From Callorhinchus milii (lineage: Eukaryota): a DNA stretch of 64,000 bases. Below, piece after piece: positions 62,801 to 64,000 of the stretch. The DNA is taken from positions 87,794,001-87,858,000 of the forward strand of contig NW_024704742.1 of the NCBI RefSeq assembly GCF_018977255.1, in the 5' to 3' direction. The stretch's first letter is position 1, and each line of letters starts with the position of its first letter. Below the pieces are notes generated by a model. The model was not told the origin of the DNA. It was given only the letters and a program-made list of their open reading frames with translations, and ran no database searches. The position numbers and the translations under genes are program-made.

Positions 62801-64000
62801 GTATTGGCACAAAGTAAGTTAGAAAGTATAGAATGAGGCTAGATTATTTGGCTCACACAATCCAATGCTTTTGGACTTCAGTATAAGTAATTTATATTGT
62901 CATGAATTCTTCCAAAATGCGTTCCCCAGGGAACCAGGCAAAAATCCATAAAAACATTAGTTGATTTTTAAATTCCCACAAACATTCACTTCCTGGTTGT
63001 TTGTGGGACATTCCTGTGCGCAAATTGACTGCTGCAATTGCCTAGAAAATAATCACTTCACTTTACTGTATATCCTGTGCAACGCTTTAAGACGTCCTCC
63101 TGAAGTGAAAGGCTCCATATTGGATGAAATTGAATGAAAACCCCAGAATATCAATATACATGATTTGTCCCTGACTGGTCAGATTCCACAGATGACACAG
63201 TTCTCTTACATAGGAATTAGGAGCAGGAGTAGGCCATTCGGCCCCTCGAGCCTGCTCCTCCTGCCTCTTGCAACAGTCCTCAATATACATTGTGTGCTAA
63301 CACCATTTGTATTTTAAAAATATCGATATGGGTTGAAAAGGATTACATATAATTTCTGCAGTATTTTGTTACATGCATAATAATGCTCTCCTCTCTGCAT
63401 CTTTCACCAAAATAATGTGCCACGGCACAAGGCCCAATACCTTCATGATATACTTAACACAGAAAACAAATCATAGACTGGTAATATCAACCTCTCTTTA
63501 CGTTAATGGCCTGACTGGGCCTCAAAGCTCCTATACTCTCGAATGATCTTTGATTTCACAGCCAAACTGATGTGAATACACTCTAGAACCTCACATTAAC
63601 CTGTTCAGCCTAACTACAACTAAACTACTACTACTAATAATAATCCTTGCATTTGATATAAAGTCTTTTTGCATTGTTGAGATGTCTCAAAGCCCTTCAC
63701 AGAATATACTGTAAAGTGAATTGATTGTATATTTTCTGGGAGAAATGCAGTCGCCAATTGCACACAGCAGTGTCCCACAAATTGTTGTGGACTGAGCGAC
63801 CAAATTATTTTTCTTTTATTCCCTCCGGAAAGTGATCTGCCAATGACTAACAACTGGGTTCCTACTTACAGTAGGAACCCTTACTGCTTCTTCCTCATAC
63901 AGATAGGAACTTATTTCATTCAATAGCACCTTGGAATATTGCTTAAAAAAACATGGCTATACAATAATATGACCGCCCACTTCACCGCATATCCAGGCTC

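Noticed and set aside
540..63660. Recurrent ATCAAATGCAAGGATTATTAT motif as a CRISPR-like array or as CRX (GGATTA) enhancer sites
   Set aside because: These are dispersed SINE tails in both orientations with irregular spacing in a eukaryotic locus; not counted as regulatory without further evidence.

Overview
Eukaryotic (vertebrate) genomic DNA, most likely a cartilaginous fish and possibly a chimaera; this is inferred from the repeat families, not established. The window holds two spliced genes on the + strand. (1) A complete 19-exon VLDLR (ATG 23576, stop 46214, about 884 aa): signal peptide, 8 LDL-A repeats, EGF-A/B, YWTD propeller, EGF-C, a 93-nt cassette O-glycosylation exon, TM helix and FDNPVY tail. 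All junctions are GT-AG and in phase except exon 6, which is 1 nt short (apparent frameshift, probably a sequence error). (2) A 2-exon KCNV2/Kv8.2 (49849-51168 and 56404-56679, 531 aa) starting 3.6 kb after the VLDLR stop, matching the mammalian VLDLR-KCNV2 order. The rest is dense in retroelements: L2 LINE fragments, CR1 3' ends, tRNA-Ala-headed SINEs and Deu-domain-like SINEs that share the L2 3' stem-loop, and a probable Penelope remnant. Notable non-coding structure includes a perfect 22-bp hairpin upstream of KCNV2, a near-perfect 54-bp inverted repeat pair 3' of KCNV2, a G-rich TAAG minisatellite upstream of VLDLR, and three Pumilio elements in the VLDLR 3'UTR. I found no convincing novel protein-coding system; most ORF-track entries are repeat-derived or low-complexity noise. 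Repeat boundaries are approximate.
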